The notes under the pieces were generated by a model. The model made no database searches and had not been told where the DNA came from. It saw only the letters and a list, made by a program, of their open reading frames with translations. From NCBI GenBank assembly GCA_000004985.1, contig GG738887.1: a stretch of DNA of 64,000 nucleotides; one strand, written 5' to 3'. A program made the position numbers and the translations under genes. The stretch is from Naegleria gruberi. Lineage: Eukaryota. Of this stretch, positions 20,923-31,137 are shown in pieces. Numbering within the stretch: the first letter of the stretch is position 1; each line of letters starts with the position of its first letter.

Positions 20923-21900
20923 ATGAAGCAAAAGAGGGCTAACCAATCACCATCGTCATTTCGTTGGTATGAAACATGTGGAGAAGCCTTTTTTACACAA
21001 TTAATCATATCCTTCCTTGGTGATGCACCCCGAGAGTTAAAATCACTGGCACAAACATGTAGATTTATTTATCAAATTTACTCTCAACATTGCGATGAGT
21101 TTTGGAAGAATTTACTATTAAAGAAATATCATGATTTAAATCGAGAGGTATTGGAGATGGAGAAAATGAAAGGAAAACTAATGATGGCATATTATCAATT
21201 GAGGTATTTTGAAAATAATTTGGATAAGGTTTCTGAACAGTTATTGAACTGCACTGGAATAGATCCAAAGAACATGAATAATTCATATCATGATCCAAGA
21301 CCTTGTTTTATTTGTGCATCTTCTTATGGATATTATTATGCTCAGGGATTTATAACCCAGTTGATTAGCTCTTTCTTTTTAGAGGAATATGATCCATGCA
21401 CAATAGATTCTTATAGATATAATTTGGAAATGGATAATTCTTCAAAGAGAATGATTTCAATGTATCCTATTTCATTGTATGAGGAATACCCAATACTACT
21501 CGACAATCATATAAATATGAGTGATGGAATGATTTTTTCTCTGGTTATTAGGAACGATTTCAATCCCAATAACTTTACCTCAGAATTTGCAGGATTTACT
21601 CCTTACTACAATCAATTAGCCAAATCAGTTTTTTTTAATAGATATATTATTACAATTGCAATTCATTACAAGGATATTGTGGAAGATTCATTCAAGAAAA
21701 TTGTGGAGGAGGAATTGAGAAAGTTTTTAAAGCAAAATTATGATTTTAGAAATTATCTGATTATGGAATGCAATCTTTTTAATAGAGAACAAGTGCTGAG
21801 AACAACTGTGGAGTCTGTGAAAAGATTTAGATTTATTGACACCAACCAATTCTTGAAATACATGATTCAGTCAGACAAGAAGAAGTGCTCCTTAATGTAA
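20923..21900 (+). CDS. Hypothetical protein with an N-terminal F-box-like motif
   Basis: The ATG follows A9. The motif AFFTQLIISFLGDAPRELKSLAQTCRFIYQI is F-box-like. Confidence 0.5.
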   Translation: MKQKRANQSPSSFRWYETCGEAFFTQLIISFLGDAPRELKSLAQTCRFIYQIYSQHCDEFWKNLLLKKYHDLNREVLEMEKMKGKLMMAYYQLRYFENNLDKVSEQLLNCTGIDPKNMNNSYHDPRPCFICASSYGYYYAQGFITQLISSFFLEEYDPCTIDSYRYNLEMDNSSKRMISMYPISLYEEYPILLDNHINMSDGMIFSLVIRNDFNPNNFTSEFAGFTPYYNQLAKSVFFNRYIITIAIHYKDIVEDSFKKIVEEELRKFLKQNYDFRNYLIMECNLFNREQVLRTTVESVKRFRFIDTNQFLKYMIQSDKKKCSLM

Positions 21901-22324
21901 ATCAATTTACTTGAATATTTACTTCTAGCGATTGGAAATTAATATCAACCAAATCCCTTACAAAATACTCGAATTTTAGTGTGAAAATATCATACACACA
22001 TCTCATGGGAGAATAATGTCTCGTGGTATTGGCTAATAAAGTGTGAAATAACAATAGAATAGGTTGGATTTATTTCAAAGAAAATCATTTAATTCCACAC
22101 AGTTTTTAGTTCTTCTCTTTATTTGAAGTGCTATCTTTTAACCGCCAAAGCACTTGTAACGGTCAACCGCTTCAATATTTAAATTTTTAAAAAAATTGCG
22201 CAAAAATTTAGTTAGGCGGTTAAATTGAAAATTTTGCTGCTTTTTAAAGAGAAACGGAAAGCTACCCTCTAGATTTTTATTGAACAATTTGTTCTCCTCA
22301 CTCTGAAGAAGAACAACAACAAGT

Positions 22325-25195
22325 ATGAAAAAGAAAACCAATTCCCAACCCTATGGTGGTGGGCAAAAGAAGAACAATAATAACAATAACCGCAACAATA
22401 ACAAACAAAAACCATCCAATACAACAACACAACAGCAAACAACAACATCATCTTCAATAATTCAGCAACAACAACAAGCTAATGCGACTGCTACCACTAC
22501 TCCTATTGTTAACAATAATACCACAACTGCCACTCAACAAAATTCCACAACTACTGCTAGTAGCAGCAATGTTAACAAACAAGAAGGTAAAGCATCAGTT
22601 CTTATTGGTGATAAACCATTGGATCCATATTTGACTGAATTATTCTCTGTCTTGATGAGTGGAACAAAAGCTTCCAATGAAATCCCATCTTCCAAGGAAT
22701 TTGACTTTCTCACTTCACATTTTCCACAATTTAGAGGTGCTATGGATGAGTCTGCAAATGCTTTGAAGTTAGCATTATCTTCATTCCTTGGTCAAAAGAA
22801 CAAGTCCAATTCTGTTATGGATGACCCAGAAGTAATGTTTGAATCAACAGTTGATTTACTTGACCAATATTTTGAAAATGTAGATATGGCTCTTGATGAA
22901 ATGGATATGGAATCTAACGCTGATAGTGTCGGAGTGAATCCTTCACAAAGTAATTCAGGTTCTTCTGACCAAACCCTTAAATCAATGAGCAGACCCCAAT
23001 TGAAATGGAACGATGTTGATAACAGAAACATGCCGTTCGTACCAAATTTGAAATCAAAACCTAACGCATTTGTTGCCTCACTCGAAAAGTCAATGAAGAT
23101 TGGTTCCTTAGATGATGATGATGAAGAAATGAGTGGTGGTACTAAAAAGATGGGTGTAACCTTTGAACATAGCACTTTACCTCCATTCCCATTCCGTTTT
23201 GGAGTAGGTAATGGTGTTGGTGGTGAAACAACTCGCCAAAGTTCTCCTCATCCATACTTGCCTGAATTGTTGAGTCTTCAATTTATGAAATCACAAACGA
23301 CGCCTCCTGAGAAGGCTATTTCTTATGCTCCTCTAGAAAACTCACCTTGCACATGGATTAGCACTGTGGAAGATCTTCACAAGCTAGCTACAATCTTGGA
23401 AGGCCAAGATGCTTTCGCAATAGATTTGGAACAACACAGTTATCGTTCATTCCAAGGTTTTGTTTGCCTTATGCAAATTTCTACAAGAAGTGAAGACTTC
23501 CTCATAGATACTCTTGAATTGAGACAACACATGCATATTCTTAATTCCTCCTTCACACATCCTAAGATTGTTAAGGTTATGCATGGTTCCGATTGTGATA
23601 TTTTGTGGCTGCAGAGAGATTTTGCAATTTATTGTGTTAACTTGTTTGATACCGGTCAGGCTTGTAGAACTCTTGCTTTACCTGGTTGTTCTCTTGCCTA
23701 CTTGCTTAAGCACTATTGCGGAATTGATGCTGATAAAAAGTATCAATTGGCTGATTGGCGAGTGAGACCTCTCCCAAGTGAAATGGTAAAATATGCTAGA
23801 GAAGATACTCACTATCTATTATACATTTATGATAGATTGAGACAAGATATTTTCAACACCAAACCCAACACTTCTACTGTTTCTGGATTTGAAAGAATGG
23901 AAGAAGTTTTGGTAAGATCTAAGGAATTGTGTATGAGAAGATATGAAAAGGAACTCTTCTCAGAAACTTCATATCTTTCCCTTATCAAATTCTCTAGAGG
24001 ATGTACAGCATCCATTAGTGAAAATGTTATTCGAGTTTTATTCAAGTGGAGAGATACTGTAGCTAGAAAAGATGACGAAAGTATTCGTTACGTTTTACCT
24101 GATCACATGATTCTCTCAATAGCCCAAGAAGCTCCAACTGAGGTTAGTCAATTGTTAAGTTGTTGTAACCCAGTTCCTAAACTTGTCAGAAGAGATGCTA
24201 AAATTATTGTTGACTTGATAACCAAGGCATTACAAAGTCGTGATATGCCAGAGCCAACATTCTCCACACCATCTAAGATCCCTGATGAAAGCTATATTAA
24301 TCAACATGCCAAACCATCTTTTGAACTTGAATCACCAATTGTTAATCCACATTACAAGACTCCTTCAAGAATGAGTCCTGTTATGAATACTGATGATTTA
24401 TATAACATTGCTGGATGGATTGAATCCAAGAATTATTATCCATCATCTTCAATGTCCAAACTTACATTTTCTGAGGAGGAAGATGAAGTTTTGGAAACCA
24501 TTGAAAATATCAGAAAACACTCCAATGTAAATGTCACTCCAAGCAAGAAATCATCTCTTTTCTTCCCTCCTAGCAACAGTAGCTTTAACAAAGATAAGGT
24601 ATCACAAATCATGTCTTCATTCTCTCTAGGTAATGGACAAACATCCAACAAGCAACAAAACGATGAAGATACATCCATGATGGACAGTAGTAATATCCTT
24701 ACAGACGATCCAACATTGGATGATGCTATGGATACATCCTCTAGCTTTATTAACACTCCTATTAATAACACAAAGAACCCATCTGCACGTGTGACTCCAG
24801 AAGAAGAGCGTGTTCCATTGAGTCTCAACGAAATTTACAAACTTTCTCAAAAGAATAGAAAGAAGAACAAGCAAAAGAAGAAGCTCAAACAAGATTCTGT
24901 CTCTGATCCATCTCCAGCTTATGATGGTGATGATAATGATGATGAAGACATTGTTATTCATCAACCAACTATTCCAACACCATCAGAATCAATTCCAACT
25001 CAAAAACCAGTCGATTTTATGAAAAAGATTGGTTGGTTGGGAGCTGAAGAAGAATTATCTGCTTCAGAAGAAGAAAAGGAAGAAGAAGTTAATGCTTCAG
25101 TTGCTGTTAAGGTTCCAAACTATAGCAAACCAAACATGAATGTTCGTAAAAAACCATCTAAAAATTATGTGCAGAATAGGCAACATAAATACTAA
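22325..25195 (+). CDS. RRP6: Exosome complex exonuclease RRP6 (EXOSC10/PM-Scl100 homolog)
   Basis: A DEDDy 3'-5' exonuclease domain is present (FAIDLEQHSYRSFQGFVCLMQISTRSEDFLIDTLEL, HGSDCDILWLQRDF, YAREDTHYLLYIYDRL). It is followed by an HRDC domain (VLFKWRDTVARKDDESIRYVLPDHMILSIAQEAP). A PMC2NT-like N-terminal region follows an N/Q/T-rich tract. The gene is a single exon. Confidence 0.85.
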   Translation: MKKKTNSQPYGGGQKKNNNNNNRNNNKQKPSNTTTQQQTTTSSSIIQQQQQANATATTTPIVNNNTTTATQQNSTTTASSSNVNKQEGKASVLIGDKPLDPYLTELFSVLMSGTKASNEIPSSKEFDFLTSHFPQFRGAMDESANALKLALSSFLGQKNKSNSVMDDPEVMFESTVDLLDQYFENVDMALDEMDMESNADSVGVNPSQSNSGSSDQTLKSMSRPQLKWNDVDNRNMPFVPNLKSKPNAFVASLEKSMKIGSLDDDDEEMSGGTKKMGVTFEHSTLPPFPFRFGVGNGVGGETTRQSSPHPYLPELLSLQFMKSQTTPPEKAISYAPLENSPCTWISTVEDLHKLATILEGQDAFAIDLEQHSYRSFQGFVCLMQISTRSEDFLIDTLELRQHMHILNSSFTHPKIVKVMHGSDCDILWLQRDFAIYCVNLFDTGQACRTLALPGCSLAYLLKHYCGIDADKKYQLADWRVRPLPSEMVKYAREDTHYLLYIYDRLRQDIFNTKPNTSTVSGFERMEEVLVRSKELCMRRYEKELFSETSYLSLIKFSRGCTASISENVIRVLFKWRDTVARKDDESIRYVLPDHMILSIAQEAPTEVSQLLSCCNPVPKLVRRDAKIIVDLITKALQSRDMPEPTFSTPSKIPDESYINQHAKPSFELESPIVNPHYKTPSRMSPVMNTDDLYNIAGWIESKNYYPSSSMSKLTFSEEEDEVLETIENIRKHSNVNVTPSKKSSLFFPPSNSSFNKDKVSQIMSSFSLGNGQTSNKQQNDEDTSMMDSSNILTDDPTLDDAMDTSSSFINTPINNTKNPSARVTPEEERVPLSLNEIYKLSQKNRKKNKQKKKLKQDSVSDPSPAYDGDDNDDEDIVIHQPTIPTPSESIPTQKPVDFMKKIGWLGAEEELSASEEEKEEEVNASVAVKVPNYSKPNMNVRKKPSKNYVQNRQHKY

Positions 25196-25259
25196 ACCTA
25201 AGCTTATTAAAATGGAAGTTTCCTATTTAGTTGATCTCTATTTTTCAAAATCAAAAACA

Positions 25260-25898
25260 ATGAAACAACGAATAATCATAATATTAATTGTATTAGTAAT
25301 TTTCTCCTTAGGACTGGTAACTTCTTCAAGATCTAACTCTACAAACCTTAGAGGCACTCGGGCTGCTCAAACAACATGTGAGGATTATCAAGTTTCTTTC
25401 TATGTGGACGATGATTCAACAAGCCAACAGCAGTGCGGAGAATGTATACCAGGATCATCAGGAATCGACACTAAAGAGTTTTGTCAAATTGATGAATACT
25501 GTACAGACGAAGGAAAATGTGAAAGCATTACAAAACAACCCTTATTTATGACAACGTGTCCTAGAGAGCTAGGTAAAACCTTAACAAAAGATGGATTTTG
25601 TGGACCAGGTTTGAGATGTATCCAACATAAATGTATTCAATGTGTGACAGGTATGATGGATTATGCTGATGGTAAAATCTGTATTGATTCAGTGTGGACA
25701 TTCAACAATTTAAAGATTGGATTTTATCATCCTACTGTCATCTTTCTAACATCTTTTGTAGTTCTAGTAGGATTCAACATGTCAATTGATTGTTGTTTCG
25801 ATATTGTATATTCCATTCGAAAAAAGAAGAGAAAGCAAATTGAGGAAAGATACAGGATATTCTATCAATATATTCGTACAAGAAGTAATAAATTATAA
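25260..25898 (+). CDS. Cys-rich type I membrane protein, hypothetical
   Basis: The ATG follows an A-run. There is a signal peptide (MKQRIIIILIVLVIFSLGLVTS), a Cys-rich ectodomain, one TM helix and a short basic tail. Confidence 0.5.
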   Translation: MKQRIIIILIVLVIFSLGLVTSSRSNSTNLRGTRAAQTTCEDYQVSFYVDDDSTSQQQCGECIPGSSGIDTKEFCQIDEYCTDEGKCESITKQPLFMTTCPRELGKTLTKDGFCGPGLRCIQHKCIQCVTGMMDYADGKICIDSVWTFNNLKIGFYHPTVIFLTSFVVLVGFNMSIDCCFDIVYSIRKKKRKQIEERYRIFYQYIRTRSNKL

Positions 25899-26330
25899 AG
25901 TTAAATTTTCCAACATTTCATCAGTTATATCATCATCAATAATACCCACACCGGTTGGCAAATCCTTAGCTGATAATTTCGATGAGTCCTTTTTCTCTAA
26001 TTGTGCTAATCTTTCCTTGATTAATTCAACTTGTTTTTTAAATCTTTCAATCACTTCCATATTCTCAGCTATTGCCTCCACTAAATCAGAATCTTCTCCA
26101 TCAGGATCAATTTCCTTCATTTCTCTATTAGATCGTTCCAAATGATAAATCTTATTATTCAATTCACTCAAATCACATTGTGTTGTAGCAAGTAAACTTT
26201 CATATTCTTCTTTTAGACTTGGTGTTGATTGTGGTGTGGTTTGTTTTTTCCTAAAATCTGTAATATAAACACCTTCCGATACTTTTTGTTCTTTAGGAAA
26301 TGAATTTTCGTTATTTGATGAGGATTGCAT
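25893..26330 (-). CDS. Small acidic coiled-coil protein, hypothetical
   Basis: The ORF is 145 codons and starts after an A/T run. Its 3' end overlaps the stop of the convergent gene by 6 nt. Confidence 0.45.
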   Translation of the reverse strand: MQSSSNNENSFPKEQKVSEGVYITDFRKKQTTPQSTPSLKEEYESLLATTQCDLSELNNKIYHLERSNREMKEIDPDGEDSDLVEAIAENMEVIERFKKQVELIKERLAQLEKKDSSKLSAKDLPTGVGIIDDDITDEMLENLTL

Positions 26331-26507
26331 TGTTTAATGTTGTTCTATTTTTTTTGATTTCTATTTTTAAACTTTAAATTACTAAATTTTATACAAAGAA
26401 TAGCTTCTATGCTCATACTTTTCATTCAATGGATTGAATTGTCATTTTGAATAAATATTTCTATTCACTTTCTTCAATTTAAAGTAGCATCTTAATTTAT
26501 GCAACGG

Positions 26508-26520
26508 TTCCCGCCAAAAA
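26508..26520. promoter_or_regulatory. E2F-type site TTCCCGCCAAAAA (reverse complement TTTTTGGCGGGAA), 24 nt upstream of the Pol alpha B-subunit-like start codon
   Basis: This is an exact match to the canonical TTTSSCGC E2F core with flanking A/T, and it sits in the promoter of an S-phase gene. Confidence 0.45.
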
Positions 26521-26543
26521 TTTGAATTAAAAAATTTTAAAAA

Positions 26544-26578
26544 ATGTCCAAACCAGGTAACAGTGGAAATATTGGAAG
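26544..26578 (+). CDS. Putative first micro-exon (MSKPGNSGNIG..) of the DNA polymerase alpha B-subunit-like gene
   Basis: An ATG after A-runs is followed 35 nt later by a GTGAGT donor. A 46-nt intron would join it in frame to the main ORF, which lacks its own ATG. This exon is inferred only. Confidence 0.3.
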
Positions 26579-26624
26579 GTGAGTTATTTGATGATAAAAT
26601 TGATGATGCGATGACAGAATAAAG

Positions 26625-27126
26625 TTATTTGACATCGTTGTTTGGTAAACCAACAACCAAAAAGCCATCAGCCACACCAAAGAAAAAAACCAGCCAAATA
26701 GAAGTATCAAAGGCTTCCTCTTCAGTCGCTGCTATTGATGATATTGCTGAGGTATCACACTCCGAAGTTTATGATGAAGAACCACAACATCATCACATCA
26801 TGGAAGATGATGAAATTATTGAACAACATTCAAAGAAAGTAGTTTTAATGACATCGCAACAACAATTGCAATCTGCACATACTATTGTTAATTGGAAAGA
26901 TAGAGATAATCAAGGAAAGATACTTTGTGATTTTGGAGATTCCGATATTGATAATGTAGCTAGTGAAACAGATGTTAAAATTGTAAAACCAACCAAAAGT
27001 GGACCAGTTAAATATATGTATGACAAATTGTACAAACAAGCATCAGTGCTGTTAGAAAGATTGGAAGATGTCGGTGCTAAAATTCTTGAATATCATAATA
27101 TTGAATCAGCAAAACCTTTAAATTAT
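26625..27126 (+). CDS. DNA polymerase alpha subunit B (POLA2/Pol12)-like, N-terminal exon
   Basis: The exon contains VKYMYDKLYKQASVLLERLEDVGAKI, which is Pol12-like, and ends AAT TAT then a GTAAGT donor. Confidence 0.5.
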
Positions 27127-27164
27127 GTAAGTGAATCAATTTGCTAAATTATTTACTTTGAAAG

Positions 27165-28262
27165 CATTCTGATCAACCAGAAGTTTATATTGGAAGAATT
27201 CTTGCAGAATCTGTAACTGGTGATGACAAGCTCAATCCTGCTTCTATTTTATTGGAAGGTTTAACAAATGCTGAGACATCAGATTGTAAAGTTATCAAGT
27301 TGAGTTTTGATAAGTTTGGTCTTGATTCAGGTGTTTCACAAACTCTCTTCCCAGGCCAAATTGTTGCTATCAAAGGATTAAACTCAGTACAAGGATTGAA
27401 AGTGGAAAAGATTTACACTGGAGCTCCACTTGATGCTCCAGAAGATCAACCACAGCCAAGTGATGAAAAGAAAAAGATCAAAATTATGGTTGCTTGTGGT
27501 CCATTCACTCTCCAACATAATGTCTTATACGATCCTCTCAAAAATCTTATAACTTTGGTCGAAACAAACGAACCAAATGTTTTGGTACTTGTTGGACCAT
27601 TTCTGAGTGAGGATAATGCTCTTGTGAAATCTGGATTTATGGACGAAACTTTTGAATCAACCTTTGAAAATAGATTCATTGCCAAACTGAAGACTATCGA
27701 AACTGATTGTCGTGTTATTTTAATTCCTTCCCTTAAAGATGTAAATAGTGATTTTGTTTTCCCACAGCCTGCCATTGAAATTGAAAATGGTTCTTCCAAG
27801 ATTCAAAGCTTTCCTAATCCATCAACATTTTCCATCTCATCTCCGTCCTTCAATCCAATCAAGATTGGTGTTACCTCAATAGATGCCATTAAAACCATCA
27901 AGGAAAAAGAATATACTTTTGGTTATGTTGAGGATCAAACTGAACACTATTTAAAGGCAGTACTGGAACAACAATATTACTATCCAAGATTGCTTCCTTC
28001 CTCAGAAATTCCACTTGACCATTCACTTTTAAATGGTACCAAGTCATCTCTTAAGATTGAGGAATCACCTAATATTATCATCCTTCCTTCTGATCATTTA
28101 GAAACATGTTGTAAAGTGATTAGTAACACAATTGTTATTAATCCAACAAGATTGTGTAATAATCAAAACCGAAAGGAAGGAAGTTATGCAATTATTGATA
28201 TTGTGAATGATACTTCATTAACATTGGACAAGAGAGTTCACGTTCAAGTAGTTAATATCTAA
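27165..28262 (+). CDS. DNA polymerase alpha/epsilon subunit B domain exon (calcineurin-like phosphoesterase-fold B subunit)
   Basis: A 38-nt intron with acceptor ..gaaag is removed in frame. The motif IMVACGPFTLQHNVLYDPLKNLITLVETNEPNVLVLVGPFLSEDNALV matches the B-subunit family. Confidence 0.55.
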   Translation, partial: HSDQPEVYIGRILAESVTGDDKLNPASILLEGLTNAETSDCKVIKLSFDKFGLDSGVSQTLFPGQIVAIKGLNSVQGLKVEKIYTGAPLDAPEDQPQPSDEKKKIKIMVACGPFTLQHNVLYDPLKNLITLVETNEPNVLVLVGPFLSEDNALVKSGFMDETFESTFENRFIAKLKTIETDCRVILIPSLKDVNSDFVFPQPAIEIENGSSKIQSFPNPSTFSISSPSFNPIKIGVTSIDAIKTIKEKEYTFGYVEDQTEHYLKAVLEQQYYYPRLLPSSEIPLDHSLLNGTKSSLKIEESPNIIILPSDHLETCCKVISNTIVINPTRLCNNQNRKEGSYAIIDIVNDTSLTLDKRVHVQVVNI

Positions 28263-28290
28263 AATAAATTATTCAAAATTTCAAAATCAT

Positions 28291-30405
28291 TTATTCATTG
28301 TTCGAAGATGTTGATGGAGCTCCACCTGATGTTCTTGGAGTATCATTGTTGCTTTCGGAAGTGGAGGCAAATCCACCCAATAGAGAAGCAAATAAAGAGC
28401 TGGCTCCCGACGAATTACTGGAATAGTTATAATTTGGGGGGTTCAACACGCTAGGTTTTTCGTCCTTTCGTTTAAATAGTCTCTCATCTGTTTGAGAGTC
28501 GAAAACTTCCACTCTGTTCTTTGTTGGTGGTTTGTTAGTTGTTCTTGTTGGTGTTGGAGTAGCTGCTTGATCTGTTCCAAACAATTCATTGTTGAATACC
28601 TTCAATTCATTGTAAAATTTGGTATTTGGTTTGATTATATTTCTGATAGCATAAACTTCCTTGTATGCTTCTTGCAGCTTCTTATTTTCTTCTTTCATTA
28701 AATATGAAATGACTATTGTACTTGATCTACTGACACCTGCCATGCAATGTACCATACATGCAGTGCCTTGCTTTTTAGCTTCATTGATAAACTCGCGTGT
28801 TTCCTCAAAGTGAGATCTAAGGGATGCTTCATTAGTATCTTCAGCAAATATTACCATATACTTGAAATCATTCTTATGTCTTGGTGGGATATCTTTGGCA
28901 ATAGTAATAACATGTGAGACGTTTAGTGATTTGAGAAGTCTCCTAGATCCAGCTGGTGGTGCACTACTCAAAAACAAATAATCTCTAATCTTGCTTGGTT
29001 CTTCGTATGTGTATTGGAATACTATATCATTATCTTCCATATGTTTTTTGATATTTTCTTGAGGTTTCAATTCATAGTTATTAATGATTGAAAAGTTTTT
29101 CAGCTTTTTCAAAAGCATAACCTCTTCGGGTATAGATAATATTTCATTATTATCTAAGTTCAATGTTTCCAATTCGACAAGATTGCAAATTTTTGCGTCC
29201 AAACTTTCCAGCGAGTTGTGTTTCAATTTACAATTTCTAAGATTTACCAGATCATAAAAGTAGTCAGGTATAGCTCCTCTTAATCTGTTCATAGTTAAAT
29301 CGAGAGAAGTAAGATTTTTACAGCCACCAATTTTAGGGAACTCTTCCAAATAATTGTATGTCACGTCTAATCTTTCCAAGTTGGTCATTTTCGAACAATC
29401 AAACATCTTCTTCAAGTCATTTTCGCTCAAATCAATCTCTTTCAAACTCTCAAGCTCACATAACTCGTCAGGAATCTCGAATAGTCTATTAGATTTAAGC
29501 TTGAATATCTCCAGTTTTTTGAGGTTTCCAAAAGCGGGATCAATATCTTCAATATTGTTCTCTGATAAATCTAAATAAACCAAATTTACAAATTCACTAA
29601 AGTGTTCAGGAATATGTGTGATAAAATTTTTGGAAAGCACCAACTCTTCTAGTAGTGAAAGAGTTCTAACTTCTGTCGGAACACCTCTTATCTTATTATT
29701 TGAAAGTTGTAAAATTACCAATTTTGCTTGGCAAAATAATTGAGACCACCCATGTAATTTACAAGAATTGGCATATAGTTCTGATAACTGGCTCAATTGA
29801 CTCATCAAACCTTGAGTTTGTGGAAACCATTCGAATTCGTTATTGCTTACATTTAAAACCTTGAGATTGAGTAAGTTACAAATAGTTATTGGAAATGTTG
29901 TAAATCCACAACCTTCTAACATTAATTCCTTCAAAGTATCTGCCATTTTACCCAGGTCAGGCAAGGTTACCAAATCGTTCTTTGTCAAGTCTAATTTTTC
30001 AAGAGCAGAAAATTTTAACAAATCTGTTGGAAAATTTGTAAAGTAGTTATAACTTAGATTCAATTCTCTTAAAGATGTTTGTAATGGTACTGAACGTTCA
30101 CCAAATATAAAGCTCGATAAATTTGGAGACGAAACAGATATCTTATTCAAACGATTAAAACTTAGATCTAATCTTTGAAGGTTAATTTTGTTGAGTTGAA
30201 TTGGCCAATCTTTGAAATTATTTAATCTGAACTGGACATCGGTCAGTGAAGGTTCCAAAAGTTCAAAGTTTTTAGGGGGAGCAACAAGCTCACTCTTATT
30301 CATCACCAGTGTTCGTAAATTTGCTAAATTTGTTATATTTGAAGGAAGAGCTTGTATACAATGTCCAGTCAAATCTAAATGTTGTAAATTTACCAATAGA
30401 CATAT
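28291..30405 (-). CDS. MAP-kinase-phosphatase-like protein with leucine-rich repeats (LRR plus DUSP; MPL family), 3' exon
   Basis: About 20 LRRs are followed by a dual-specificity phosphatase active site (ACMVHCMAGVSRSSTIVISYLM). An acceptor gatag lies at 30406..30407. Confidence 0.7.
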   Translation of the reverse strand: MCLLVNLQHLDLTGHCIQALPSNITNLANLRTLVMNKSELVAPPKNFELLEPSLTDVQFRLNNFKDWPIQLNKINLQRLDLSFNRLNKISVSSPNLSSFIFGERSVPLQTSLRELNLSYNYFTNFPTDLLKFSALEKLDLTKNDLVTLPDLGKMADTLKELMLEGCGFTTFPITICNLLNLKVLNVSNNEFEWFPQTQGLMSQLSQLSELYANSCKLHGWSQLFCQAKLVILQLSNNKIRGVPTEVRTLSLLEELVLSKNFITHIPEHFSEFVNLVYLDLSENNIEDIDPAFGNLKKLEIFKLKSNRLFEIPDELCELESLKEIDLSENDLKKMFDCSKMTNLERLDVTYNYLEEFPKIGGCKNLTSLDLTMNRLRGAIPDYFYDLVNLRNCKLKHNSLESLDAKICNLVELETLNLDNNEILSIPEEVMLLKKLKNFSIINNYELKPQENIKKHMEDNDIVFQYTYEEPSKIRDYLFLSSAPPAGSRRLLKSLNVSHVITIAKDIPPRHKNDFKYMVIFAEDTNEASLRSHFEETREFINEAKKQGTACMVHCMAGVSRSSTIVISYLMKEENKKLQEAYKEVYAIRNIIKPNTKFYNELKVFNNELFGTDQAATPTPTRTTNKPPTKNRVEVFDSQTDERLFKRKDEKPSVLNPPNYNYSSNSSGASSLFASLLGGFASTSESNNDTPRTSGGAPSTSSNNE

Positions 30406-30446
30406 CTATCATTGTTAAAACAATCAATCCAATATATATAATTATT

Positions 30447-30633
30447 ATAAACATACTTTTGAAAGATCTCTTTCTGTGAACCTCTTAGAACTTTGATTAT
30501 CCTTTTGTATTGAAGCATTGAGTATTTTGTGAGAGTTTGCATTCTCTACCATTTTGTCAACAACTTCCCTTGGATCTTCACTTGTTGATGATCCATTCTT
30601 GGACTCAACTCTTTTGCGATAGGGTTGTAACAT
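30447..30633 (-). CDS. 5' exon of the LRR/DUSP gene
   Basis: An ATG at 30633 opens the exon. It ends ..TCA AAA then a GTATGT donor. The 51-nt intron is removed in frame. Confidence 0.5.
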
Positions 30634-31137
30634 ATTTAATAATAACAAGTCTTATTTCCAAAGTCAATTATCAACTCTGAGCTTGTTATTGTTGTAGAAA
30701 AAGTAAAAAGGCTAAACTCCAACTTTCGTCTACTATAAACAACTCTACTATTATTACTAGTTAATTTTCAAGAACAAAAAGCCTCTTGTCAATTTGAATA
30801 TAATTCCTTTCTATTTGTTTCTATATCTTCTCTCTATACAAAATTCAAATAGATGATAAACAAACTGAATTCTCTCCACTTTTTGAAAATTGATGATGAA
30901 GGCTAATGTTGTTCTCGTGAATGATGATGTACAAATCGATGACAAAGACGACAGAATGATGATGGGTCAACGAGAAACAACACGGTTGCTGAAAGTAATA
31001 TGAAATGTTGATGCGATTTTTTTCTAATTCTTTTTGGGTTGGGATGAGACGTTGATAGCTTGGACGAATTTGGGTTGTTCATAAAACAAAATTTTACTGC
31101 TTGGCTTTTTATCAGTCTTCATCTCTTTCAGTGAAAG

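Noticed and set aside
22191-22210. TTTTGCGCAA as an E2F site
   Set aside because: It fails the TTTSSCGC rule, having T/G at the SS positions. It is retained only as part of the palindromic element noted upstream of RRP6.
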